Assembly (NCBI GenBank): GCA_964016885.1
Contig: OZ024747.1
Coordinates: forward strand, 26,846,001 to 26,910,000
Source: Eledone cirrhosa
Taxonomy: Eukaryota
Reading direction: 5' to 3'
DNA: 64,000 nt
Notes under the pieces: model-generated
Told to the model about the DNA's origin: nothing
The model's database searches: none
The model's input: the letters and a program-made list of their open reading frames with translations, nothing else
Translations under genes and position numbers: made by a program
Part shown: in pieces, positions 13,441-26,531 of the stretch
How the letters are laid out: each line of letters starts with the position of its first letter
Numbering within the stretch: position 1 is the stretch's first letter

Positions 13441-14573
13441 CTAGCTGAATGAACCGGCGTTACCTGGGTTACTTCTATTCTTATTCAGATTAGTAAACAA
13501 TAAATATGAAGATATTTTTTTCTTCTCATAATCATTTCAAGATATCTATATTTTATTAAAAAAATATCAAAATTGTAATGATAATAGAATTTAGAAATGA
13601 AAATCTGTCAATCTTGAAGCACTTCAGGGTAAATAATATTCATTGAGCAATTTTTTGTTGGTGTCCAAATGAATAAATTGTTGCTGCTTCCAGCTCGTGT
13701 GCAACCAACATAGAGTTGACCATGGGAGAAGCATGTAGTAGAGAGGTCAAGTCCAACTTCCTTGAGGGATTGACCCTGAGATTTGTTAATTAAAATAACA
13801 AAACTTAGTTTAACTAGAAACTGAAGCCTCTTAAATTCAAATATAACATTTGTAGGTATGAGAGGAGTTTTTGGAATAAAGACATTTTTTTCAATATTGT
13901 AAACAAATATGTATCAACATCCAAAGGAAATATATATTAATCTCTATTTTTGTATGCAGTGTAAATTAACTCACACACACATACACTCTCACATACATTC
14001 ACACACATATACTTGTCAGTCATCACATATGTATATATATATGTGTAGATGTGTGTGTTCATACAAACACACACAACTTATAAAAAACACACACAGACAT
14101 ACAAACACACACATCGAGTTTTACCCCCCTCCCCCACGTTCGTTATGTCAGTCGTCACAGAAATGTATGTATGATCACACACACATAAACTCACATACAT
14201 ATGTATATGTAAATATGTGTGTATGTGTTTAATTCTCTATGTATCTGATTAAATAATTACGTGAAGATGTGTGTGTATGTAACTTACTAAGTCATAATGT
14301 ACGTAATGAACCCTAACCCTAACCCTAACACACACACTCATATACAAAAAGTGACGTCGTCGTCATGTTATAAACTGTCCATTTATTATAGTTGACTATA
14401 GTAGATTATTTTAGATAAAATGTTATATTGTTTTAATCCAAATGAAAATAAAAATTACATGTTGTTAATCCTGGGTCTAATTTGTAAAATTTGATTTGAT
14501 TTGGTCCAGCCGTTTGCGAATGCATAAGGAAAAGACAGACAGACAGAGGGACAAAGAATTTTATATAGAGAGA
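13441..14573 (-). mobile_element. Non-autonomous Helitron with helicase C-terminal remnant
   Basis: 3' CTAG at 13441 with a subterminal GC hairpin. Minus strand 13620-13880 reads FEFKRLQFLVKLSFVILINKSQGQSLKEVGLDL..FSHGQLYVGCTR. TCTCTATATAAAA-like 5' end with (GACA)n. Confidence 0.82.
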
Positions 14574-17500
14574 AATAACATTATTTAATGTATCCACTTC
14601 TTATTTCAGACAGTAGGTACGAATTACAGGAGATTTGTTTGCTATTTCTAACAAGTCAAACGACCATATAGCATGACCAAGCAGAGGCTCCCTCATTTTG
14701 TGAAGGAGAACATTTTATCACTATACCTTCAGTTTGAAGATAATGTCAAGATTCTATCTGTCATATAAGATTTCATTATTCCTTACTATAATAGAAGTTA
14801 GGAATTATAGTTGGAGCAATGTGAGGAATATATCTAATTATTTAATCAATAATAGGCACAGGCATGGCTATGTGGTTAAAGAGTTTGTTTTGCAACCTCA
14901 TGGTTTTGAAATCAGCCCAGAAAACATAAGTACTGAGATCGATATGATCAACTGTATACTTTTAAGGTGATGCGGTAGCATGGTCGCAGTCTAATAAATG
15001 AAACCAATAAAAGAATAATAGAATCCTAAACTATATTGTATGATGAACCAGTGAAGTTTTTGCATGGCAAACATTGTCTTTCAATTTTTTTTTTGTTTTT
15101 GTTACATTCAGTAGTATAACTCATTTTTCATTATTAAGCTGGTGTTTGGAACATAACGTATCAAAGGTTATTTCATAAAACTATGATGTGTATCAGATTT
15201 AAAATAGGTACATTGTATCCATGTATGTTGTAAGAAGTAATTAAAAGTGTTGGTGTCAAGAAGGACATCTGGCTGTAAAACATTGCCTCAAAAGGTCCCT
15301 TCCAACCCATGCCAGCATGGTAAAGACAACTTAAAAACGATGATGAGAATGATGATGATGATAAACACTTAAACAAAAACAGCTCAGCATCATAGAACCA
15401 GTTGCATTTTCAAGTATCAGAAGGGTTAAAACAAGAATAAGGATGCTTGATTGTTACCTTAAAATAAAGATGACTGCTGCAAATCTTGCTATATTTTAGT
15501 TTGCACAGCTGATGTGCAAAGCCTGAAAATGCCAACATTTTCATATTAAAAAATGTCATTTGATATGATCACTGAAATTCAACAATTAGATAACCTGATA
15601 TGGTAGTGTTGACAAAATGCAATATTTTACCAGACTTAGTAAAAAAAAAAAAAAATATTTTGCAACCAAATGCCTTTCCAGACACAAACTGTTTTAGTCT
15701 CTTCTCACAACACACAGGAGTCATAGAAAGACATATAAATATTCTACTTTTGATTCATTAATTTTAAAGAAACAGGAATTCATCCTTCACTTAATCAATG
15801 TAAGTTTCTGAAGTTTTTTGCACTCTGTAAATATGATGTAAAAATAATGAAAAACCTTATTATGATCATCAGTGTAGCTAACAGACTGAAAGCCAGACTC
15901 CTAGAAAACAGACATCATACATTAAATAGTATTAGCTGTTAAGCAGTACAGGCCTATAAACTGAACACTGTGGCACACCAGATGTGTGACCAAGGATTCT
16001 GAGAAAGGGACTCCTTTGATTGTTAGTGATCTTTTGAGAAAATTAAAACAGAACCAATAAAACTTTGAATACCTCACAGACACCAATATTCCGAGAAACA
16101 ATATCCAACAGAATATCATAGTTAACAGTATCTACAGAGAGATAAATCAATAAAAGCTATTAATATGCATTTGTTAGCAGCAGTCATTCATAAATTTTGA
16201 AAGGTTTTTAGTAAAATCATACAACTGCAATCCTCTGAAATTCATGAATGACTGATATTACTGCTGAAACTTTCCTGACATTTATGAATGATTGCTAATA
16301 ACGAACACAGAGTAATTGCTTTTTATTTTTATAGCTGTTTCATATAGTTGAATTGCTTATTAACATCCATATATTTATCTCACGTGTAGGTGTCACGACA
16401 AAAAACACACAGTCCACGCTGTAATGTGGCCGTGTAGGCAACACGGTAAAAACCTCCCAGTCCCACACTGTAAATGTGGTTGGTGTTAGGAAGGGCATCC
16501 AGCTGTAGAAAACACGCCAGACAGTCCACGCTGTAATGTGGCCGTGTAGGCAACACGGTAAAAACCTCCCAGCCCCACACTGTAAATGTGGTTGGTGTTA
16601 GGAAGGGCATCCAGCTGTAGAAAACCCGCCAGACAGTCCTATGCGAGCAAGACAACCACTCTTGCCTCAAGTGGGAAAACCCCTATCCAAACCCATGCAA
16701 GCGTGGAATAGGGACGTTAAACGATGATGATGATTAACACTATTTCTTCAATTTATTGTTGAAGGATAAATTAGGGTGCAATTTATAAATATGTGATTAA
16801 AGCCTGCTTTTACTAAATAGTCTTTTTGTCATCGCTGGCACATCCAAGAGCCATAGGTAACAATCAAGTTCTTGCAGCAGGTAGAGCCAGTTGCTGGGGT
16901 GTCACATGAGACATTGATTGTGTGTCCATCATGTCATTTCAGTGAGCCTTAGAAATGTTTGATGGTGCCCATCTCCTCCCTAAGTATCCAGTCCTTCACT
17001 AAGTTTAAACAGCTTACAGAAGCAGTTCCAAGGATGTAGCTGAAAACTGTCCTGGAACCAAAAATGAGAGCCAAGTGAAATTCAGTGTACCCATCTATCA
17101 CTCTACTTTCAAATAGACAGTAAGTAACAGTGTGTCTGATTTTGCAATGTTTCTTTATATAATTACATTGAGAAAAAAAATTAAACCATTCAAATATTTA
17201 AAATGAGTGTGCACTGACTTCAGAAATTCTGACACTAGAGTTTATGACAAACTAGCAGAACCACAAGTCAAAATCAAAGAGTTCAATGTTATCATTTCCA
17301 AGTATTTACTTTTTGTCTTTCATGCTTCTTCACTAAAATCTTACAATTCAATTTGTCTTCAGTCTGTCCAAGATCAATAAACTAAATACCAATGAGATTT
17401 TCCACTCAATGCTTTCATATCTCAAATGTTGTTTATCAAAATAAGCAATTAAAGCATAATGTATATAAATTTTACACTTTAATTGCTTTTTTTGTATGAT

Positions 17501-18180
17501 AAATAAGTTTGCTTGAAAAACACAGTTCTACATGGATGTACTTTAGCAAAACAGTCGAGTGACATTGAATTAACAACTTATGGTCCACGAATTAATATTT
17601 CTTGTTTTTGGCTTGGTTTTCTACAGTTGGATACTTTCCTAATGCTGACCATTTTACAGCATGTACTGAGAGCTTTGTAGCCTTACATGGTGGACTATGT
17701 GAATTTTGTTGTGGCTTTAGTATGATTGCCTTTCAGAGTTGACTGAGTGCTTTTTTTTCATTGTGTTTGTATGTCCAACTTACAGGATGGATTGGGAGCT
17801 TTTAGTCATAGTACTATCACAACCACACACACACACGCGCACATGTCATAATATGCTCCGTGTGTATATTTATATATAACTCTGTAACTTTTTAAAATTT
17901 ATACATGCAAACATTCACATAATGCCTTTCCTATCTCAGTCATGTAATAAGAAGTTCATTTCTCAATTACAAGGTCCTGGGTCCTAACCCTACATTTGTG
18001 CCTGTAAATAGTTATTTATTCAAAGATACTCATACCTTTAATCCTGTATGCCATTTGAACATATATGCTGAACATTTATGCAATTATATCCTAGAAATAA
18101 ATTATCAAAATATCTGTTGCGAGAACTTGATTGTTTGATTGAATCATATACCTATGGCTTTTGGATGTGCCAGCAATGAT

Positions 18181-20410
18181 CATCATCATCATCATCATCA
18201 TCATCATTTTACGTCCGCTTTTCCCTGCTTGCAAGGGTGGGACGGGTCTTATTCAGCACAGCATCTCTCCACTCGTCACGGTCCTTCGTCATCTCCACCG
18301 TGAGCTTCAATGATCTGAGGTCTGTTCTCACCACCTCTGCCCATGTTTTTCGTGGTCTACCTCTACCACGTCTTCCTTCAACTGGCATTTCTTCACCCAT
18401 CGGTCATCCTCCATGCGCATCACATGTCCATACCACCTCAGTCTCCTCTCCCGTACACTACATTCTATCCCTCTCAGACACAGTTTCTCTCTCAACACAT
18501 TTATGCTGGGTCGTTCACGCACATTTACACTGCACATCCAACGGAGTATGCTTGCCTCATTTCTCTCTAGCTGTCGCATATCCTCTGCAGTTACTGCCCA
18601 TGTCTCACTACCATGCAGCATCGCGCTCCTCACACAGGCATCATACAACCGGCCTTTCGTATGCAGGGAGAAACCCTTCTTCGTCAACAGAGGAAGCAGC
18701 TCCCTAAACTTCTTCCAACCCGTCCTTATTCTAGATACTATGGCCTCGGAACACCCTCCTCCCATGCTAATCTGATCTCCTAGGTACCGGAAGCTATCCA
18801 CCACTTCTATAGCGCCCTCCTGCATTTGAAAAATGGAGGCACATGGCTTAGTGGTTAGAGCATTGGCCTTGCAATCAAAAGGTTGTGAGTTCAATTCTCA
18901 GACCGGGTGATGTGTTGTTTCCTTGAGCAAGACACTTTATTTCACATTGCTCCAGTTTACTCAGCTGTAGAAATGAGATGATAGGGACTGGGGTCCCTAT
19001 CATTCCACTGTAAAGTGGTCGTGGAGGTGCCACGGCAAATAGCACCCAGCCCACACTGTAAAGTGGACGTGTAGGCGCCACGGTAAAAAAGCACCCAGCA
19101 CTCACTGTAAATGAGGTTGGTGTTAGGAAGAGCATCCAGCTGTAGAAATCAAGCCAGAATCAGTTCTTGTCCCACCCTTGCAAGCAAGGAAAAGCGGACA
19201 TAAAATGATGATGATGATGATGATGATGTCTATCAATGCGACTTCTACTGTCTAATTTCCCTGTACATCTACTGCATACATATTTCTCCCTACCTGTTAG
19301 TTTACCTGCTATCCCGCTACATCTCTTGTGTACCCAGGATCTGCATTGTGTGCATTTTATAGAATTTATGCCAGTTCCTTTTCTGCATATCGAACATGGC
19401 ATTTGTCCTCTTTTCTACTCATCAACACTTTTGTCTTAGCTAGGTTCACTCTCAGTCCTCTTGCTTCCAACTGCTGTTTCCATAGCCAGAATTTATTCTC
19501 TAGCTCCTCTACTGATTCTGCTATAAGAACCAGATCGTCAGCATAGAGAAGTTCTCATGGACAGCCAGTCTTAAACTCCTCTGTTATGGCTTGGAGGACT
19601 ATAATGAACAAGAGCGGGCTGAGGACTGAACCCTGATGTACTCCTACTTGTATCTGGAATTCCTCACTAAACTTCATTCCTACCCTGACTTTACTGAGAG
19701 TACCTCTGTACAAAGTTTGCACTGTCCTCACAAGCCATTCCTCAACACCTAGCTTCCTTAGGGACCACCAGATGACAGATCGGGGTACCCTATTAAAGGC
19801 CTTCTCTAGGTCAACAAAGGCTAAGTATAGTGGCTTATTTTTCTCTAAGAACCTCTCTTGCAATTGTCTCACCAAGAAGAGGGCATCTGTTGTACTCTTC
19901 CTAGGCACAAAACCAAATGGCATCTCATCTAGTTTGACCCTTTCTCTAATTAGTTGTGCTAATATCCTTTCTGCCACTTTCATAACCTGATCTATCAGTT
20001 TTATACCCCTATAATTGCTCCTCTCCAGAGCATCCCCTTTACCTTTGTAGCAATTTATGAGAATACTGCTGCACCAGTCTTTGGGTATGACACCACCATA
20101 TATAGCCTGATTGATGATGCGTGCAACCAGTTTAGTGCCTACGTCCCCTGATGCCTTCAGCATCTCAGCAACTATTCCCGATGGTCCAGCAGTCTTACCA
20201 TTTTTCATTTCCCTAATCGCCTATTGGACCCTATATTCGTCAATCTCAATAGCTGGTCCCTCTGTCGGATCTACTAAGGGTAATTTCTCTCTCTCCCATT
20301 CGTTCTCCACATTCATCAGTCTCTCATAATGACATTTCCAAGCCTCCTTTTTCTGATCATTCATGACACTAAGTACACCGGCATCATCCCGGACACATTT
20401 ATCTCCAATC
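18181..20410 (-). mobile_element. RTE-clade LINE with internal PHD finger, 5'-truncated
   Basis: NYRGIKL, FVDLEKAF, GVHQGSVLSPLLF, YADDL, C4HC3 finger, FRYLG, GRGRPRKTW, then an (ATG)n tail. In-frame stop at 19555 and a nested SINE. Confidence 0.92.
18835..19228 (+). mobile_element. tRNA-derived CORE-type SINE with RTE-derived tail (nested in RTE LINE)
   Basis: A box TGGCTTAGTGG, B box GTTCAATTC, CORE-like TCCTTGAGCAAGACACTT..TTGCTCCAG, tail CCCACCCTTGCAAGCA..GCGGAC.TAAAATGATG. Confidence 0.88.
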
Positions 20411-21222
20411 TTTAATGATTTTCACATGACAGTAATAAACATAAACCATAGGGTTTCTCTTATGCAAACTATTAATTTATTAAAATGCAAATTTTCCAAT
20501 TTGTATGGGTGTTCATATATCTAGTAAGCCTGGTATATATGACACAGCAATCCTGGACTCCAAAAATTAAATATGTTCAATGCTATTGCTGTTATTATGG
20601 AACAAGTCCATTTGTATTTATATAAAATGATAATTGCCTTACCTTTAACTTTCAAAACCCTAGTACTAATCTGAATACTAGTAAAATTCCTCTCCTCTCA
20701 AAAAGCAAGGTAAGGGGGTTTATTTATTGCCTTCTGTTCTGTTATACTCAGACTGCACCTGTCTATCAGTATTACTGCTCCCTTAAGTAATTCACCATTT
20801 CTTAACACACAGCAGCAAAATAATCTGGCTTTAAACACCTCCCCTATTGACATCTCATCTCCCACTACCACTCATACTCCTGTATCAGCACCACCACCCC
20901 TCTCTGTTTCTTTATCTTTTCATTCCATCCAGCCCCATTCCTCTCTCAGCCATTCACCTTCACTATTTCTTACACAATTTTCTTTATTTTTACTTTTTTT
21001 CACTCTCCCACTTTTTACACCTTTTGTTTTATTTCACACACACACACACACACATAAACATCATCATCATCATCACACATAAACAAACACATTCAAATAT
21101 TTTATTCTCTCCTCCTTCTTCTCTATCTGCCTCTCTAAGATACACACATATTTCCCCTTCAATTTTCTCATACTAACACATCTCTATTTCCTCTTATTCT
21201 ATCTTCTAATTTATCTTTCTCA

Positions 21223-21228
<6 letters not shown>

Positions 21229-21308
<80 letters not shown>
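21229..21308. repeat. (CT)n(AT)n compound microsatellite
   Basis: Seen directly. Confidence 0.95.
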
Positions 21309-21310
<2 letters not shown>

Positions 21311-22024
21311 TTCTATTTTCTTCTTTAAATCTTTCTCTATTAATTTGCTTTTTTTCCTCTTCTTTCTTTTTATATCTCACTTTAATGAAAAGGATGTGTG
21401 TGTATATATGTATGGGTATATATCTATATATGTATGTGTGTGTCTATGCAAAAAGTAATGGAAACGCCAAAGAAAACAACACAGTATAATGAAAAAAATA
21501 TATTAGTTTAATGCTTGATATAGCAGGTAATATATATATATATACATAGTAATAATAAATACAAAGACCAAAATCCGAAGAGGACTCGATAAAGATTGCA
21601 TTAATATCATCATCCTCATCATAATTAACATTTTACGTCTATTCTTCCACGCTAGCATGGGTTAGACGAGTTGCCCCGGTGTTGGCAATGCCAGGTCAGG
21701 TGACCATGTCTTGCTCATACAGAACTGATTCTGGCTTGATTTCTACAGCTGGATGCCCTTCCTAACACCAACCTCATTTACAGTGAGTACTGGATGTTTT
21801 TGACCATGGTGCCTACATGACCACTTTACGGTGTAGTCTGGGTGCTTTTTTGTCCACTTTACAGAAATATAAGTATATATAAACCTGTAGAGCAAATATT
21901 TATTATTCGTACAGATTAAAATTTTAAGCAATAGATTGCTGCTTTCACCCTAAGTGACATCTGAAACTGATAAAAATTAATCTGTTGACGCAGTATTAAA
22001 TATTTCAAAAAAGTTACAACCAAA

Positions 22025-22205
22025 TAATTGTTTCTACTTTTGGCACAAGGCCAGCAATTACCCAGTGTATTACTGGTACTTTATTTTATCGACCCTGTAA
22101 GGATGAAAGGCAAAGTAAACCTCGGTGGGATTTGAACTCAGACCATAAAGGGCCGTAACTCTTTGCTGCAAAGCATGACGTCCGACCCTCTACCGATACT
22201 GCCAA
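22025..22205 (-). mobile_element. Meta/MESC-like SINE
   Basis: Same family. A further decayed copy lies at about 22845-23010. Confidence 0.82.
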
Positions 22206-23422
22206 TAAATAATGCCTTTAGAAAATAGGAAGGCATAACAGTAGTAAGTGAAGAGGGATTTTTTCTAAATCTGAGGGTGTACCATTGAAAAGTAACAGGA
22301 CAGTGACAACCAGCCCCCCATTCCCACCCTCGGCAATAAGCCCCCTGGTAGCAAAACAATTAATTTGGGGCTCTTTAAATATTGTGAATCAATCCCTGGC
22401 TACAACTGAATCACTCTACCTCCCCAATCTGCCACTGGCTGCCACCATGAGATTCTTTCCCAAGTCAACAAAAGTTCCTCTACAAGATAATTTGACCAGA
22501 ATGAATTAGCAGCCAAATCTTCCTCAAAGCACATCTTACTATCAACCCTTTTGTTACTAAACTACCTGGAACTGGCTCTGTCTATGCAACAAAACCATCC
22601 ATTTTAAAGGGTTCCTATTTAAATTAAAATCTTGCAACATAATTTGGTGTAAGAACCATATATTAAGTTACTATTTTAGTAAGGAAATAATGAATAAATT
22701 TAGTGAATTCCTCAAAATTTCTCAATAATCAATTTCATTAGAAATACTGTCACAAAAGGATTAAAAATGAATATAAAGTGGCAAGTAATACAAATTTAAA
22801 AAGAAAATAAGCTTTTGTTAAGTTGTGTTACAAATATCGTAATAATGTTTCTGATTTTTAGGCACAAGGCCAACTATTTTGAGGGAGGGGTAAGTCGATG
22901 AAATCAACCCCAGTGCATTACTGGCACTTTATTTTATTGACCTCGTAAAATGAAATGCAAAACTAACTTCAGCGGGATTTGAACTGTAAAAGGCTGTAAC
23001 TTTATGCCAAAATATGATCTTAATCATGAAATAATAATTTTAGTAAATCCCTCAAAATTCTTCACTAATCAAATACAATCAATGACTGGTGCATCAGTAC
23101 AATCATAAATTGCGACAAGAAAGGAGCAACCATAGAGGAATAAAACTAATTATGAAAGTGGCAGAAAGAGTTATAGCACAGCTATTAAGGAAAGAGTCAA
23201 ATTATACAAGATGCAGTTCAGTTTCGTGCCTGGGAAAAGTACTACAGATGCCCTCTTTTTAGTGAGACAACTACAAGGGAAGTTCCTAGCCAAGAATAAG
23301 CCGCTATATTTAGCTTTTGTTGATCTAGAAAAGGTCTTTGATTTATTATCTGCCGTCCTTAAGGAAAATATATATAATATTCAAAATATTAATAAATGAA
23401 AAATATTTTCATAACCAAAGTA

Positions 23423-23489
23423 TATATTTTATTATACATCTTTCAAGGGTTCAATGGTTTTTGAGTACGCTTTCGTCAGATAAAACATA
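23423..23489 (-). ncRNA. Minimal hammerhead motif next to PLE relic
   Basis: Minus strand tatgttttat-CTGACGA-aag..ctt-GAAA-gatgtata-ataaaatata. 10-bp stem I, degenerate stem III. A degraded GIY-YIG-like fragment lies at about 23820-24170. Confidence 0.45.
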
Positions 23490-23594
23490 AGAGATTGGTT
23501 ATTTGAACCTTCAATCCTTGTAGTGGTTATATATATATATATATATATATAAACAAATATATATATATATATATAAACAAATATATATATATAC

Positions 23595-23633
<39 letters not shown>

Positions 23634-24190
23634 AAATATATATATATACATTATATATATATATACATATATATATATTTGTTTATATATATATATACAT
23701 ATATATATACACACACACACATATATGTTTATATATATATATATATATGTTTATATATATATATAAACATATATGTGTGTGTGTGTGTTTATACATATCT
23801 GTATATAAACAGTTACAAATAAGTAATCAGCTGCTACCTCAACTGGGGAAACCCTGCAGTTAGAATAAAATTGTTGTTGCTTGTTGAAGTGGATGTGGCA
23901 GGGAGAAAGATGATGTAGGGTTAGTATATTCTTGTCTTGGCTTCGAGCCAGTCTTACTTAACTTATTCTATCAAAAATTCCTCTCTTATGGTAAATGCTC
24001 TTCCTTATTTGGAAAAAATATGCTATCCTTATTTTGTTCCCCCTTCTATTTCATTCTATATTAGTTGAGCAGGTGAAGTGGTATGGGATGAGGGATATTT
24101 GTTGCTCATTTGGTTTTATAATATATCCTGGAAAACTAGAAAATGGTTTTCATTTCAGTTCCAGATTTATATATGCTTTTAAATACATGC

Positions 24191-24224
<34 letters not shown>

Positions 24225-24230
24225 ATATAC

Positions 24231-24264
<34 letters not shown>

Positions 24265-24267
<3 letters not shown>

Positions 24268-24607
24268 TCATCATCATCATTTCATTTTACGTCCATTTTC
24301 CCTGCTTGCAAGGGTGGGACGGGAACTGATTCTGGCTTGATTTCTACAGCTGGATGCCCTTCCTAACACCAACCTCATTTACAGTGAGTGCTGGGTGATT
24401 TTTTGCCGTGGCACCTCCACTACCACTTTGTAGTGGAATGATAGGGACCCCCAGTCCTTATCATCTCAGTTCTACAGCTGAGTAAACTGGAGCAATGTGA
24501 AATAAAGTGCCTTGCTCAAGGAAACAACACATCACCCGGTCTGAGAATTGAACTCACAACCTTTCGATTGCAAGGCCAATGCTCTAACCACTAAGCCATG
24601 TGCCTCC
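24265..24607 (-). mobile_element. CORE-type SINE, full length
   Basis: Reverse complement of the 18835 family. Confidence 0.88.
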
Positions 24608-25159
24608 TTATGTATATATATGTGTATATGTATATATATGTGTATATATATATATGTATATTTATATATCTACATTTATATATATACATTTATATACATA
24701 TATATATCACATATAAATATATATATAAATATATATATATATTCATCATCATCACCATTTAATGTCCATTTTTCCATGCTGCCATGAGTTACATGAGTTG
24801 TCCTGTTGTGAGACAAGCCAGATCAGATGACCGTATCTTGTTCATACAGAACTGATTCTGGCTTGGCTTCTACAACAGCTGGATGCCCCTCTTAATGTCA
24901 ACCACATTTACAGCATGAGCTGAGTACTTTTTGTCATGATAACTACTTTATAGAGGCGGCTGGGTGCTATTTGTCATGTCACCAACATGACCACTTTACA
25001 TTGTGGGCTGGGCTCTTTTTTGTTGCGGCTCCAAAATGACACTTTACCATGTAGACTGAGACTTGTGGTGGGAGAGGTGCTTGGGTATTGGAGAGGTAGA
25101 TCTGAGGGGGGTTGGCTCTTATCTGGTAATGGGTAGGTGTAGGGATGTGGTTGAAAGGT

Positions 25160-25790
25160 CAGCTTTTATCACCTCATGCCAAGTCTTCCTAGGTTTTCCT
25201 ACTCCATGGCTTCCATCAACTTTGAGCGCTCTGCACCTTTTTATACAGCTATCATCTTTCATATGCTTCACATGTCCATACCAATGTAATCACCTCTCCT
25301 GCACACTGCATCTGATCCCTCTTATATCCAATTTCTCTCACAGTTCATTTATGCTTTGCCATTCATGTATATTATTACTATTACACATCTATCAAAGCAT
25401 GCAAGCTTCATTTCTTTTTAATCTTTGCAGGTCTTCTCCACTCAGTACCCAGATCTCACTACCATGCAGCATTGCTGTCTGTACAATCTGCCTTTATTTT
25501 GAGAGAAAAACCTTTTACAGCTAGCAGCAGTAGTAACTCTCTGAATTTTCTCCATGCAGTTCTCACTGTGGCTACTGTACTATCAGAACACCCAACTCCA
25601 CTGCTAATTTGGTCACCCAGGTAACCGAGTCTGTCCACTGCTTCTACAGAACCTTCCAAGAATTTGATGTTTGTTTCTTGTGGGCTTTTGCTGTTTACTT
25701 CTCCTGTGCAACAGCCACATGTGAAATCTACACTGTTAGCTTACCTACCTGAGATCCCAATATATCTCTTGTGTACCCATAGTTTGACTT
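25160..25790 (-). mobile_element. Degenerate PHD-RTE 3' fragment
   Basis: Minus strand VEAVDRLGYLGDQISSG..RTAWRKFRELL, same family as the 18-20 kb element. Confidence 0.75.
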
Positions 25791-26185
25791 TTACAGCTGG
25801 AACCCCTGTTGAAAGAAATTTAACAAGATAATGAACAGTCCACCCTGTAAAGTGATCATGTTGGTGACCCAACAAAAAGAACCCAGTCCAACCTATCAGT
25901 TGGTGATGTATTGGTGACAGAACAAAAAGTGCCCAGTCCGCTCTGTAAAGTGGCCATTTTAGTGCCTTGATAAAAAGCACCGAGTCCATGCTGTAAATCT
26001 GGTTGGCATTAAGAAAGGCATTCAGCTGTAGAAACCAAGCCAGAAATATTTCTGTATGAGCAAGACACGGTCATCCGATCTGACTTGTCTCACAGCAGAA
26101 CAACCCATGCTAGCATGGAAAAATGAACGTTAAATGGTGATGATGATGATGATGATATATATATTTATATATATATATATATATA

Positions 26186-26531
26186 CATCATCATCATTCA
26201 TCATTTCATTTTACGTCCACTTTTCCCTGCTTGCAAGGGTGGGACGGGAACTGGTTCTGGCTTGATTTCTACAGCTGGATACCCTTCCTAACACCAACCT
26301 CATTTACAGTGAGTGCTGTGTGCTTTTTTGCCGTGGCTCCTCTACGACCACTCTACAGTGGAATGATAGGGACCCCAGTCCCTATCATCTCATTTCTACA
26401 GCTGAGTAAACTGGAGCAATGTGAAATAAAGTGTCTTGCTCAAGGAAACAACACATCACCCGGTCTGAGAATTGAACTCACAACCTTTCGATTGCCAGGC
26501 CAATGCTCTAACCACTAAGCCATGTGCCTCC
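26186..26531 (-). mobile_element. CORE-type SINE, full length
   Basis: Reverse complement of the 18835 family. Confidence 0.88.

Noticed and set aside
14308-14328. (CCCTAA)3 telomere-type repeat
   Set aside because: Only three units inside a Helitron-derived element, so not evidence of a telomere or fusion site.
18835-18910. tRNA-like sequence with A and B boxes and an apparent GCA anticodon
   Set aside because: It is the head of a multi-copy SINE, continues into CORE and RTE tail sequence, and lacks a proper acceptor stem.
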